In this document: positions 19,075 to 29,086 of the stretch, one piece after another
Numbering within the stretch: the first letter of the stretch is position 1
How the letters are laid out: every line of letters starts with the position of its first letter
Assembly: GCA_902553315.1 (NCBI GenBank)
Contig: CACDKN010000001.1
Location: 216,145-280,144, forward strand
Direction of reading: 5' to 3'
From: an uncultured SAR86 cluster bacterium
Lineage (GTDB): Bacteria > Pseudomonadota > Gammaproteobacteria > Magnimaribacterales > AG-339-G14
Length of the DNA: 64,000 bases
Position numbers and translations under genes: made by a program
Notes under the pieces: model-generated
Database searches by the model: none
What the model was told of the DNA's origin: nothing
The model's input: the letters and a program-made list of their open reading frames with translations, nothing else

Positions 19075-19712
19075 AAAATAGTGTAAGAAGTTTCGTTAGA
19101 CCAAGGACAAGATTATCTAAAACTAAAAAAAATCTAATTTCTCATGCATCATCTCAAGAATTTTGTTTGTCAGAAAACTTTGAAAATTTCAAACATCATT
19201 CGCCTTATAAAAAAAATATTTTAGAAATAGGTTTTGGAGATGGAGAAAATCTTATTTTTAATGCTTTAAAGGACTTAGATTCATTTCATGTTGGTATAGA
19301 AGTCTATGAAGCAGGTGTTGCTAAAGTACTGGAATTTAAAAAAAAAAATAATTTAGAAAATATTTTTTTAATTCAAGGAGACGCAAAAGCGATTCTAGAA
19401 AAAAATACTACTATTAAATTTTTTGATGAGGTTATAATTTTTTTCCCCGACCCTTGGCCTAAAAGAAGACATAATAAAAGAAGACTCTTGTCTAACAATT
19501 TTTTAAATTCTCTTAAGATGGTATTAAAAGACAAAAGTGTCTTAAAAATTAAAACCGATTGGGATGATTATGCTCATGAGATAGAAAATGACTTAAATCA
19601 AATTTTTTCGAATACTAAAAAGCATATCAACAAAAAAATAGATCTTTTTACAAAATACGAAAAAATGGCAATTGAAGAAAAAAGGAATATTATTTATTTT
19701 GAAGCTTACTGA
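19071..19712 (+). CDS. trmB: tRNA (guanine-N7)-methyltransferase
   Basis: 213 aa with a TTG start in a TTGA overlap with the thiG stop. Motifs EIGFGDGE and FFPDPWPKRRHNKRR. Confidence 0.85.
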   Translation: MKNSVRSFVRPRTRLSKTKKNLISHASSQEFCLSENFENFKHHSPYKKNILEIGFGDGENLIFNALKDLDSFHVGIEVYEAGVAKVLEFKKKNNLENIFLIQGDAKAILEKNTTIKFFDEVIIFFPDPWPKRRHNKRRLLSNNFLNSLKMVLKDKSVLKIKTDWDDYAHEIENDLNQIFSNTKKHINKKIDLFTKYEKMAIEEKRNIIYFEAY

Positions 19713-20280
19713 GTTCGTTTAACATTTTTTTAACTGATAACGATCTGTGGCTTAACTCCATTCTTTTTTTAAAACTAATTTGAGCCATCGTTTGATTACT
19801 ATTTTTTATTTTAAACAATGGATCGTAACCAAATCCCTTATCTCCAATTTCACTTTTACCAATTGTCCCATTTAACTCTCCATAAGTATAAAGTTCGATG
19901 TCATTGTTTGGATCATAAAAAAAGAGAACGGATATATATTTTGCCTCCCTTTTTGTAGTGTTGATCATTTTTTTTAAAAGTTTTTTATTATTTCTTTCGT
20001 CGCTTGCGTTTTTACCGGAATAACGAGCCGAATATATTCCTGGCTCGTTATTTAAAAATTTTACTTCTAATCCGGAATCGTCTGCTAAAGCTGGAAGTCC
20101 AGAGATTTCATTAGCTCTTTTAGCTTTTAAAAATGCATTTTCTTCGTAACTTGTTCCAGTTTCCGGAATATCTATTTTTGAGACTTCCTTTAATGGAATA
20201 ATTTTAAATTTAGTCTCTTTAAATAAAAAATTAAACTCTTTAATTTTTCCATGATTGTTTGATGATAGAACTATTTTCAA
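19690..20280 (-). CDS. rdgB: dITP/XTP pyrophosphatase (Ham1/RdgB)
   Basis: 196 aa with KIVLSSNNHGKIKEF and FGYDPLF. It converges on trmB with a 23-nt 3'-end overlap. Confidence 0.85.
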   Translation of the reverse strand: MKIVLSSNNHGKIKEFNFLFKETKFKIIPLKEVSKIDIPETGTSYEENAFLKAKRANEISGLPALADDSGLEVKFLNNEPGIYSARYSGKNASDERNNKKLLKKMINTTKREAKYISVLFFYDPNNDIELYTYGELNGTIGKSEIGDKGFGYDPLFKIKNSNQTMAQISFKKRMELSHRSLSVKKMLNELSKLQNK

Positions 20281-20864
20281 ATTTTTTGTTTCAACTTATA
20301 CAAAGCAACTTCGGTAAATAAGTTTGGGGCTAGATTCATTAACATTGTCGATTTCCCAAAACTGTTCGTTAATTTTCTTTCAATAATTTCAACGTTTAAC
20401 TTTTGACAAAGATTTTCAAAATCCTTCAATGAACAAAGATGAAGATTTGGAGTCGCATACCATTCATGAGGTAAGGCGCTAGAAACTGGCATTTTACCTG
20501 TAAGTGCTAGTTGCATTCTGCAACGTAAATTTGCGAAATTCGGAATACTTACAACACATTCTTTCCCAATTCTTACAATTTCTTTTAATGCACTTTCAGG
20601 TTTTTTTAAGGCTTGAATTGATTGGCTCATTATCACCACATCAAAAGAACCATTTGCAAAATTACTTAAGCCTTTATCAATGTCTTGCTCAATGACATTT
20701 AATCCTTTGCTTAAAGATAGCTCAATATTTTTTTCTGAGATATCTATTCCATAACCAGATACGTTTAGGGTCTCTTTCAGACTTGCCAATAGAGTTCCAT
20801 CACCACAGCCCAAATCTAAGACTTCAGCATTTTTTTGGATCCATGAATTTAAAATACTATTCAT
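20277..20864 (-). CDS. metW: methionine biosynthesis protein MetW
   Basis: The SAM-MTase-like LDLGCGDGTLL motif is present. I moved the start to MNSILNSW (ATG at 20864), which overlaps the metX stop by 8 nt. The longer track ORF would overlap metX by about 120 nt. Confidence 0.85.
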   Translation of the reverse strand: MNSILNSWIQKNAEVLDLGCGDGTLLASLKETLNVSGYGIDISEKNIELSLSKGLNVIEQDIDKGLSNFANGSFDVVIMSQSIQALKKPESALKEIVRIGKECVVSIPNFANLRCRMQLALTGKMPVSSALPHEWYATPNLHLCSLKDFENLCQKLNVEIIERKLTNSFGKSTMLMNLAPNLFTEVALYKLKQKI

Positions 20865-21957
20865 TGTTAAGGAAAGTTTTGATACTTTTAACATATCTTT
20901 CGTCAGGAAACAGAAAGCCGTCATGCCCTTGAGAACTTTTAATTTCAGCATAGCTAACTGACTTTTTTGAAGCAATTAGTGCATTAACAATTTCTTTTGA
21001 TCTTTCAGGAGCAAATCTCCAATCAGAAGAAAATGACAAGACTAAAAAATCTGTATTTGTTTTTTCTAAAGTTTTATTTAAGTCGTTTCCATAATCTCTG
21101 GATGGATCAAAATAATCTAATGCTTTCGTCATCAATAAATAAGTATGCGCGTTAAATTTCTCTGAAAACGTATCGGCTTGATATCTCAAATAGCTTTCAA
21201 CTTCAAACTCAACGTCAAACCCGTAATCATAATTTTCCTTTTTTAAATCTCTTCCAAATTTTTCTTTCATCATTTCCTCTGAGAGATAGGTTATGTGACC
21301 AAGCATTCTAGCTAGTCCCAGTCCTCTTTTCGGATGGAAATTACCTTTGTCAAAATTTGGGTCGGTAACTATGGCTTGCCTCGCCACTTCATTGAAAGCA
21401 ATATTTTGAGCACTTAATTTGGGTGCAGCAGCTATTACGACACTTTTCTTTATGTACTCGTCATAATCAATGGTCCACTGCAGAGCTTGCATTCCTCCTA
21501 AACTTCCCCCGGCAACCGCATGCCAAAAATCTAATCCGAGATATTCACGGAGTAAGTTTTGACTTTTAACCCAGTCTTTTACAGTTATCAACGGAAAGTC
21601 TTTTCCGTAAGCCTCTCCAGTTTCTGGATTGATAAATCCAGGGCCGGATGAGCCATGACATCCACCAAGGTTATTGAGAGACACAACAAAATACTTATTA
21701 GTATCGAAGGCCTTGTCAGGACCGATTAACTCATTCCACCAGCCGGCTTTATCTTGATCCTCCTTGGAATATCCAGCGGCGTGGTGATTTCCACTCAGAG
21801 CGTGGCAGATAAGAATTGCATTGGATTTGTTTTCATTTAAAGATCCATAGGTTTCATAAATAATCTTAAACTCTTTCAAAAGCTTTCCAGATTCAAGATG
21901 AAAGTCTTCTTTGTAATCAAAGAAGTTTGGTTCAATAATTCCTAAGTTTTCTGACAT
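20857..21957 (-). CDS. metX: homoserine O-acyltransferase MetX (acetyl versus succinyl not determinable here)
   Basis: 366 aa alpha/beta hydrolase with GGSLGGMQALQW, paired with metW. Confidence 0.9.
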   Translation of the reverse strand: MSENLGIIEPNFFDYKEDFHLESGKLLKEFKIIYETYGSLNENKSNAILICHALSGNHHAAGYSKEDQDKAGWWNELIGPDKAFDTNKYFVVSLNNLGGCHGSSGPGFINPETGEAYGKDFPLITVKDWVKSQNLLREYLGLDFWHAVAGGSLGGMQALQWTIDYDEYIKKSVVIAAAPKLSAQNIAFNEVARQAIVTDPNFDKGNFHPKRGLGLARMLGHITYLSEEMMKEKFGRDLKKENYDYGFDVEFEVESYLRYQADTFSEKFNAHTYLLMTKALDYFDPSRDYGNDLNKTLEKTNTDFLVLSFSSDWRFAPERSKEIVNALIASKKSVSYAEIKSSQGHDGFLFPDERYVKSIKTFLNNE

Positions 21958-21959
21958 CT

Positions 21960-22514
21960 TTAAAATAAACCAGGTAGTTCTAGGTAAAATCTTAAGTTAT
22001 GAATCACTCTGTCAATTTGAATTAAAATGAAAAAGACTATTATTGGAGAAAAATCAATTCCTCCAAAGGCTGTTAATCTTTGAAATGGTCTCAATAGAGG
22101 CTGAGTAATTCCATGGCATATAAATAGCAAGGCATTGTTACTTGTTGGCGCTACCCAGCTTCCAATTATAGAGATGAACAAGGAATATCTTAGTATTAGA
22201 GATATCGTAAGAAGAACGCTTAGACAAGCCCAAGTTATTGACTCAATCGAATCCGTTCCTAAAGATTGACTCTCAACATAAAGATAAAAAGATAGACCTT
22301 TAAAAAAAATAGACAACACAAGACTGGACAAATCTATATTAAAAATTACTGGCAGAATTAGTCTCAAGGGCCTAGATATCGGCTCTAAAATTGAAAACGA
22401 GTACTTCACAATTGGGTTTAAAAAACTCAATTCAAAAAATCTAAAAAGTAAATAAATTAAAAATAATATTGATAATAAATTTGATACAACCGAAGAAACG
22501 AATAATGGATCCAT
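21960..22514 (-). CDS. yggT: YggT family membrane protein
   Basis: 184 aa with a repeated YGGT-type unit (IDLSS / IDFSPI). It occupies the conserved position after proC. Confidence 0.7.
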   Translation of the reverse strand: MDPLFVSSVVSNLLSILFLIYLLFRFFELSFLNPIVKYSFSILEPISRPLRLILPVIFNIDLSSLVLSIFFKGLSFYLYVESQSLGTDSIESITWACLSVLLTISLILRYSLFISIIGSWVAPTSNNALLFICHGITQPLLRPFQRLTAFGGIDFSPIIVFFILIQIDRVIHNLRFYLELPGLF

Positions 22515-23308
22515 TAGCTTTCTCCTAGTTTTTTAGATTTATTTATAGCTTCTTCAATCGCAAATTTTAAAATATTTTCGATTCCAGACGATTCTATTTT
22601 ATTTAAAGCAGCTTCAGTTACTCCTCCTTTTGAAGCAACCATAGATTTAATATCATTGAATGATGGACTTTCATCTGATTTATGCATTTCAAAAGTCCCT
22701 CCTAAAAGATCTCCTATCCACGGTTCAGGATTATCAAATCCATTAGATTTAGCTATTTCAGAAAGTAGGTTTGCTAAGTAACTTATGTAGGCTGGACCAG
22801 CTCCAAAAATTGAAGTGAATGCATCAAATTTTGATTCTTCAATCTCAAGGCATCTACCTAATTTATTAAGAATGCCTAAAGCTTCATTTTTATCAATCTC
22901 ACAATTTGAACAAATTGCAATTGGGCTGATTCCTTTACTTACCCCCAGAGTAGGCATGGCTCTAATAATATTTTTTGAACTCTGTAGTTGAGAATTTAGT
23001 TTTTCAAGAGATATTCCAGCAATGAATGAGATGATCAATTTTGTCCCGATTAAGTTTTTAATTTTAGATAAAATTTCTTCTGTCTTATTCGGCTTAATTG
23101 TAAGGAAAATAACATCTGAAATCTCACACAATTCACCTAAAGGGACATAAGTGACTCCTAATTTTACGACTTCTTTGGCTTCGATCGGGTCAAAAGCATA
23201 AATTTTATAGGAATCTTTTAAACCATGAATGGTGTGACGAGCTAAGTTCCCCGCCCCAATAAATCCTATATTTTTATTATTCTCTTTCACCAAAAATACC
23301 CGTTCCAA
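22514..23308 (-). CDS. proC: pyrroline-5-carboxylate reductase
   Basis: 264 aa with IGFIGAGN and a ProC C-terminal domain. The track start is a TTG overlapping yggS by 32 nt. An in-frame GTG at 23290 is an alternative start. Confidence 0.85.
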   Translation of the reverse strand: MERVFLVKENNKNIGFIGAGNLARHTIHGLKDSYKIYAFDPIEAKEVVKLGVTYVPLGELCEISDVIFLTIKPNKTEEILSKIKNLIGTKLIISFIAGISLEKLNSQLQSSKNIIRAMPTLGVSKGISPIAICSNCEIDKNEALGILNKLGRCLEIEESKFDAFTSIFGAGPAYISYLANLLSEIAKSNGFDNPEPWIGDLLGGTFEMHKSDESPSFNDIKSMVASKGGVTEAALNKIESSGIENILKFAIEEAINKSKKLGES

Positions 23309-23942
23309 TTCTAACCATTGACGAACCAGCCTCTACAGCAATTTTAAAATCGTGCGTCATTCCCATAGATAATTCACATTGTTTTTCACTGGGCTCACAA
23401 ATTTCTTTTGCTAATTTCCAAGCCTCCTCATAAATAAATTTTAATTCACCATCATCGGCATTGACACTAGGCATAATCATTATCCCATTAAAATCAAGAT
23501 TGCTTAGTTTCTGAACTTCTTGTTTAAAAGAAACTACTTCTTCTTTTTTAATTCCACCCTTATTCACGTCGTTGTCTAAATTTACTTGTATTAGAATTTT
23601 TAATTTTTTCCCAACTGGAACATACTTATTTAGCTTTACAGCTATTTTAAGCCGATCTAGGGTGTGGACCCACGCAAAATTTTCTGCGATGTCTTTACAC
23701 TTATTAGACTGGATTTTCCCTATAAAGTGCCAAATTATTTTTTTATTCTTTAAATTCTTAATTTTTTCTAAAGATTCTTGCAAGTAGTTCTCACCGAAAT
23801 TTTCTATTCCCAATTTATTTGCTTTTATAATTTCAGAACAAGGCTTTTTTTTACTTACAGCAATGACTTGGACTTTTTGAGATTTATTCTCTTTCGAAAT
23901 TTCATCTATTGAGTCAAAAATTTTTGTAATTTTTTCCTTCAT
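23277..23942 (-). CDS. yggS: PLP-binding protein YggS (alanine-racemase N-domain fold)
   Basis: 221 aa with VIAVSKKKP (PLP Lys), HFIGKIQSNK and SMGMTHDF. Confidence 0.85.
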   Translation of the reverse strand: MKEKITKIFDSIDEISKENKSQKVQVIAVSKKKPCSEIIKANKLGIENFGENYLQESLEKIKNLKNKKIIWHFIGKIQSNKCKDIAENFAWVHTLDRLKIAVKLNKYVPVGKKLKILIQVNLDNDVNKGGIKKEEVVSFKQEVQKLSNLDFNGIMIMPSVNADDGELKFIYEEAWKLAKEICEPSEKQCELSMGMTHDFKIAVEAGSSMVRIGTGIFGERE

Positions 23943-23948
23943 CTTAAA

Positions 23949-25658
23949 TTACATTTCCTCAGGAGCATTAATTGCAAGAATATTTAAGCCGTCAGTAATT
24001 ATTCTTTTGATTGATAAAACAATTGTGAATTTTGCATCTCTTAAGTTTTTTTCTTCTTCAATAAACTTGTTTGCATTGTAATAAGAATGAAATTTAGAAG
24101 CTAAATCACGCAAATAAAAACACAGAGGATGAATTTCTAAATCAATTTGACATTGCTCAAGAGTGTCCTGAAATAATTCTATTTCATTTATTAAACTTAA
24201 TTCTTGTTCTCCAGTTATCAAATTTAAGTTTTCAAGACCGTTTTTGGAATCTATAACAAAATCTCTTTTCTCAACTTCTTTTAAAAGGCTGCAAATTCTG
24301 GCGTGCGCGTACTGTATGTAATAAACGGGATTATTCTTATCTTTCTTTAATGCTAATTCGACATCAAATTCTAAAGCTTGATCACTTTTTCTTGCCAAAA
24401 AGAAAAACCTTGATGCGTCTATTCCAACCTCTTCTATTAATTCATTAAGAGACACAAAATCACCTTTTCTTGTAGACATGCTTACAGTTTTCCCAGATCG
24501 ATTGAGTGAAACGAATTGTATAATAATTGTTTCAAGCAAATCTCCTTTCAAACCCAAAGCATCTAAGGCTCCTTTAATTCTGGGGATATAACCATGATGA
24601 TCTGCACCCCAAATATTTACTAAGCGATCAAATTTTCTATCAAATTTAAATTTGTGGTAAGCAACATCAGAAGCAAAGTAGGTCGGATCTTTGTTATCTC
24701 TTATCAAAACCCTATCTTTTTCGTCTCCTCTTTCCTTTGATTTAAACCAAAGCGCATCATTAGATACATATGTTGAATTATTTTTTTCTAAGGTATGAAT
24801 AACCTCATCGAACATACTCTTTCCTTTTGATTTCTCATAAAGTTTTTTTTCACTTATCCAATTCTCATGAAACACTCTAAACTTTGAGAGAACTCTTTTA
24901 ATGTCATCTATTTGAAGAGAGAGAATAAAAACAGTTAGCTCGTCGAAATCTGGAAATTCTTCTTTTACTTGCTTGAGTATTTCTGGAATCACGTCAGAAC
25001 TTAGTACTGAAGAATCTCCCTTAACAACGTATTTGTCGCCAAAGGTTTTTTTAACCGACTGCGCGGAATGAATTATATATTCGCCTTGGTAGCAGTCTTC
25101 TGGAAATTTTATTTGTTGGTCAAAAAGTTCTTGATAACGCAAAAATACACTTAGCGCTAAAATGTCTGTTTGTAGCCCTCTATCGTTAACGTAATATTCT
25201 TCTTCAACTTCGTTTCCTGAGTGTCTTAAAAGGTTGGCCAGGGCTGAACCAAAAGCTGCTCCTCGCCCATGGCCAACATGTATCGGCCCGGTTGGGTTAC
25301 TAGAGACGTATTCAATTAAATATTTTTTTGGCGACTCGGTTCTACAAAAGAAAAAATTTTCATTTAAAGCATTATTAAGAATGGAAGCCTGAGCTTCTTC
25401 TGCTAAAAAAAAATTTATAAAGCCTGGATCTGCAACTTCTACTTTTTTTAACCACTTCTTTTCGGGAAGTCTTTTAATAATTTTTTCTGCAATCACTTTA
25501 GGTTGTTCTTTTAATTCTTTACCAAGCACCAAAGCGATATTTGAGCTCCAATTTCCATGTGTTTTTAATTTAGTTCTTGAGACTTCAAAAGCTTCAATCT
25601 CTATAGAAAATAATTTCTTCGTCGTACTTGCTAAAATACCTCTTATTTCGGACTTCAT
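23949..25658 (-). CDS. argS: arginine--tRNA ligase
   Basis: 569 aa with the class I HIGH variant PTGPIHVGHGRGAA and full-length ArgS architecture. Confidence 0.9.
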   Translation of the reverse strand: MKSEIRGILASTTKKLFSIEIEAFEVSRTKLKTHGNWSSNIALVLGKELKEQPKVIAEKIIKRLPEKKWLKKVEVADPGFINFFLAEEAQASILNNALNENFFFCRTESPKKYLIEYVSSNPTGPIHVGHGRGAAFGSALANLLRHSGNEVEEEYYVNDRGLQTDILALSVFLRYQELFDQQIKFPEDCYQGEYIIHSAQSVKKTFGDKYVVKGDSSVLSSDVIPEILKQVKEEFPDFDELTVFILSLQIDDIKRVLSKFRVFHENWISEKKLYEKSKGKSMFDEVIHTLEKNNSTYVSNDALWFKSKERGDEKDRVLIRDNKDPTYFASDVAYHKFKFDRKFDRLVNIWGADHHGYIPRIKGALDALGLKGDLLETIIIQFVSLNRSGKTVSMSTRKGDFVSLNELIEEVGIDASRFFFLARKSDQALEFDVELALKKDKNNPVYYIQYAHARICSLLKEVEKRDFVIDSKNGLENLNLITGEQELSLINEIELFQDTLEQCQIDLEIHPLCFYLRDLASKFHSYYNANKFIEEEKNLRDAKFTIVLSIKRIITDGLNILAINAPEEM

Positions 25659-26224
25659 TTATTCACTCTATTTTGATATTCGCAATTACGGGTGTCCACT
25701 TTGACAATATCTCCTTGTTCAATAAAAAGAGGAACTTTAATTTCTATTCCATTTATTAAAACTGCGTCTTTTAAAGTATTTGTAGAGGTATCTCCTTTGA
25801 ATCCCGGCTCAGTAGCTGATATTTCAATCTCTACAAAATTTTTAATTTCTACACTCACTATTTTTTCATTCCACATTGATATTTCATATTCTTCCCCTTC
25901 GGTCATCCAATTTACTTTTTCTTCAATTAAGTTTTTTTCTACATTTGTTTGTTCAAAAGTCTCAGAGTTCATAAATACCAGCTGATCTTCTTGCGAATAC
26001 AGAAATTGCATTTTTGAAATTTCAATATCCGCTTTTTCAACTGTCTCTCCAGTCTTAAATGTTTTATCTAATACTTGAGAGGTTGAGAGATTTTTATATT
26101 TTACTCGCATTACCGCCTGCCCTTTGCCAGGTTTATGGAATTGATGATCAATAATTTCGCAGAGGTTATCATCAATAATTATCTTCATGCCTGTTCTAAA
26201 TTCATTAGTTTGGACTATAGTCAT
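25655..26224 (-). CDS. efp: elongation factor P
   Basis: 189 aa with the KPGKGQA loop and three-domain EF-P length. Confidence 0.9.
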   Translation of the reverse strand: MTIVQTNEFRTGMKIIIDDNLCEIIDHQFHKPGKGQAVMRVKYKNLSTSQVLDKTFKTGETVEKADIEISKMQFLYSQEDQLVFMNSETFEQTNVEKNLIEEKVNWMTEGEEYEISMWNEKIVSVEIKNFVEIEISATEPGFKGDTSTNTLKDAVLINGIEIKVPLFIEQGDIVKVDTRNCEYQNRVNK

Positions 26225-26382
26225 TTTTTTGGATTTTCGGATTGATAAGGGTTAAAATCTGCTCTCTTATTTTTTAAGTACATTAAATTGTTGCAAGATA
26301 ATTTTATTTTACTTAAAGTGAGAACTTTAAGGGGTTATTTAAGTAATTATTTTATTGGATCCCCTTTTTTTTTGTAAAAAAA

Positions 26383-27159
26383 ATGAGGACTAATATGTCA
26401 TTTTTAATAATAAATAGATCTCTGCTCACAATTTTTTTGCTAGTTTCATTTAATCTTCTTTCTCAAGTAGATCCTGTGTTGCAAGAAAATAAAGTTAGAG
26501 CTGATAATGCAGCAATTTCCCAAGAAAAAATCGATTCCTCTCAAGTCAAAATAGATCAAGATGCTTCAGAATATAAAGGCGTTACAAAGCAAATTGAGGG
26601 GTTAAAGGTTTACAACGCTCAAAAGAAAAAACAGATTAAAAGACAGATTGCTAGGATGGAAGAAATTGAAGAAACAATGAAATATGCAGCTGTCCTGCAA
26701 AGGCAAATTCCTCCTTTATCAAGGAGAATGCATGAAGGGCTAAGCAAATTTGTTGAACTGGATCTTCCTTTCAGAACAGGTGAAAGGGCAGAAAGGCTAA
26801 AATTTATTCAAGATGCCTTAGATAATCCAACGGTTTCTCCTGCTGAAAAACTCAGACAAGTTTTGGAAGGTTTTACTGTTGAAGCTGAGTATGGTCGAAA
26901 AATAGACACTTATAAAGACACGGTCATTATTGATGACCAAGAAAGAGAAGTTAACATTTTAAGAGTTGGCAGAATGGTGTTGGCTTACCAAACTACTGAT
27001 CTAGACGAGACAGGAATTTGGAACAAGGAGACTAAAGGTTGGGAAAGTCTACCCGGAAGGTATCAAAGACCTGTTAGAGATGGAATTTCTATGGCTAAAA
27101 AACTTAAGACAGTTGGAATGCTTGAGTTGCCAGTACCAGCAGCTGAGGTAATTCAATGA
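26383..27159 (+). CDS. DUF3450-type periplasmic coiled-coil protein (TtpB-like, TonB2 system)
   Basis: 258 aa with a signal peptide and coiled-coil character. It is the first gene of the cluster and overlaps the next gene by 4 nt. Confidence 0.65.
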   Translation: MRTNMSFLIINRSLLTIFLLVSFNLLSQVDPVLQENKVRADNAAISQEKIDSSQVKIDQDASEYKGVTKQIEGLKVYNAQKKKQIKRQIARMEEIEETMKYAAVLQRQIPPLSRRMHEGLSKFVELDLPFRTGERAERLKFIQDALDNPTVSPAEKLRQVLEGFTVEAEYGRKIDTYKDTVIIDDQEREVNILRVGRMVLAYQTTDLDETGIWNKETKGWESLPGRYQRPVRDGISMAKKLKTVGMLELPVPAAEVIQ

Positions 27160-28550
27160 AAACATTAGTTAAATTATCTTTATTTTTATCTCTTTTATTT
27201 TCGGGATTTATATCTTCTCAAGAAAACGAAGATAAACCTGAAAACATAGCATTAGATCTAGATCAACTTTTAGAATTAGTTAAGCAAGGAAGATTTGCTG
27301 AGGCTGAGGAAGCGGCTGAGAGAGAAGAGAGATTTATTAAAGAAAAGAATAGACAGGCAACGCTTTTAGCAAACGCTAAAGCTGAAAGATCTCGTTTAGA
27401 AGCAGAAGCGTCTCGTTTAGAGACTACCTTTGAAGCTAATGACGCTAAGCTCGTTTTGTTAGAAGATCAATTAAAGACTAGATTGGGTTCGCTTTATGAG
27501 ACATTTGGGCACCTTCAAGGTGTTGCGTCTGATACGCAAGCAACTTTTGAAACCTCTCTTACCTCAGGCCAATTTGGTCAGGATAGAGAAATATTCTTAG
27601 AAGATCTTGCTAAAAAGATGGGAGAAGGAGTAAGCGTTGCTACTATAGAAGAATTGGAAAGGCTATGGTACGAACTTTCAAGAGAGCTGGTCGCGTCAGG
27701 CAGTGTAGAAAAATTTTCTGCCACGGTAATAGACAATAACGGTGATGCTTCAACAGAAGAAGTTGTCAGGATAGGGAATTTTAACGTCGTATCTGAGGGA
27801 GAGTATCTTACTTATCTTCAAGGCAGAGGAGCATATGAAACCTTACCAAAACAACCAAGCAGATTCTTAGATGGATCCTATGATATCTTTGATGAAGATT
27901 CCGGATTTGTCCAATTTGCATTGGATCCAACTGGTCCTCAAGGCGGAGCATTGTTAGTGAATTTAATATCATTACCGTCTTTTTTTGAACAAATCCAATA
28001 CGGAAGAATCACTGGTTACACTATAATTCTTCTTTTCTTACTTGCTACAGGAGTTTTTGCTTGGAGATTCTATTCCTTGTTCACAATAAATAATGCGATT
28101 AAAAAAGAAGTTAGTGGTGAAAAATCTTCTGATAATCCACTTTCAAGGATTTTTACTGTTGCAAATGAAAACAAAACTGACACAGAAACTCTCGAATTAA
28201 AATTAGCAGAACAAATTCTTGTAGAAAGACAGTCCATTGATCAGTACATTTGGGTTGTGAGATTAATTTCTGTCATTTCTCCTCTTCTAGGGTTGTTTGG
28301 AACAATAATTGGAATGATTAATACTTTCCAAGCTATAACTTTGTTTGGCACAGGCGATCCAAAAACTATGGCGGGAGGAATATCTGAAGCTTTAGTTACA
28401 ACTATGTTAGGGCTTATGAGTGCAATTCCAACTACATTTATGGCGGCAGCTTTAAGTAATTACTCCAAAGGCATACTTTCAGTTCTTGAGGAGCAAAGTA
28501 CAGGAATGGTTGCAGCTCGAGCGGAAGAAACTCAACAAGTAACAAGTTAA
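27156..28550 (+). CDS. large MotA/TolQ/ExbB proton-channel family protein (TtpC-like)
   Basis: 464 aa. A long periplasmic N-domain is followed by a C-terminal ExbB-type channel region (LGLFGTIIGMI...GISEALVTTMLGL). Confidence 0.8.
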   Translation: MKTLVKLSLFLSLLFSGFISSQENEDKPENIALDLDQLLELVKQGRFAEAEEAAEREERFIKEKNRQATLLANAKAERSRLEAEASRLETTFEANDAKLVLLEDQLKTRLGSLYETFGHLQGVASDTQATFETSLTSGQFGQDREIFLEDLAKKMGEGVSVATIEELERLWYELSRELVASGSVEKFSATVIDNNGDASTEEVVRIGNFNVVSEGEYLTYLQGRGAYETLPKQPSRFLDGSYDIFDEDSGFVQFALDPTGPQGGALLVNLISLPSFFEQIQYGRITGYTIILLFLLATGVFAWRFYSLFTINNAIKKEVSGEKSSDNPLSRIFTVANENKTDTETLELKLAEQILVERQSIDQYIWVVRLISVISPLLGLFGTIIGMINTFQAITLFGTGDPKTMAGGISEALVTTMLGLMSAIPTTFMAAALSNYSKGILSVLEEQSTGMVAARAEETQQVTS

Positions 28551-28554
28551 AGTT

Positions 28555-29079
28555 ATGGCTTGGTTTTATAACCTTCAATCAATACTTTTTGAATTCCTGG
28601 AGAAGGGGGGTGGAGTAGTCTTACTGATCGCTTTCTTGATACTAGTTATGTGGTTTTTTATTTTTGAGAGAATTTGGTATTTTCAATTTATTCATCCCAC
28701 AGTTGAAAGAGACACCATTCAAGAATGGTCAGAGGTAAAAACTCACAAATCTTGGGAAGGCCATGTGATAAGAGTCATGCTTATTTCAAAGGCCGAACAA
28801 CAAATTAAAACTAATATTGAATTTATTAGAGTTTGCGTCGCCTTAGCGCCTTTATTTGGTTTGCTTGGTACAATTATTGGTATGATCGAAGTTTTTCACA
28901 TTTTAGCTGTGACTGGCGGCGGAGATGCCAAAGCGATGGCAGGCGGCGTTGCAAGATCAACAATTCCTGCGATGTCAGGTTTAATGGCAGCTATTCCAGC
29001 AAGCATTGCAGCAAGATGGCTTGACAATAACGTTCGAAAAAAAACAGATTTGTTATCTGAACGCTTAACATACGAATAA
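28555..29079 (+). CDS. exbB: biopolymer transport protein ExbB
   Basis: 174 aa, MotA/TolQ/ExbB family (LGLLGTIIGMI). Confidence 0.8.
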   Translation: MAWFYNLQSILFEFLEKGGGVVLLIAFLILVMWFFIFERIWYFQFIHPTVERDTIQEWSEVKTHKSWEGHVIRVMLISKAEQQIKTNIEFIRVCVALAPLFGLLGTIIGMIEVFHILAVTGGGDAKAMAGGVARSTIPAMSGLMAAIPASIAARWLDNNVRKKTDLLSERLTYE

Positions 29080-29086
29080 AAAAATT

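Noticed and set aside
19021-19140. When hand-translating the thiG 3' end and trmB 5' end, I obtained a 1-nt register disagreement with the supplied ORF track. This showed as an apparent in-frame TAA at 19021 and a compensating shift near 19140.
   Set aside because: The track, computed from the sequence, reads both genes through with sensible protein sequence. The discrepancy nets to zero. I attribute it to my manual reading and make no frameshift or pseudogene claim.
26225-26382. Two features upstream of the TonB2 cluster: a GATAAT-containing stretch that might be a Fur box, and an AAGGGG...CCCCTT inverted repeat followed by a T-run (26329-26373).
   Set aside because: The Fur match is about 10/19. 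The inverted repeat has a 26-nt loop and no plus-strand gene upstream to terminate. It is probably promoter-region sequence for the divergent efp and cluster genes.
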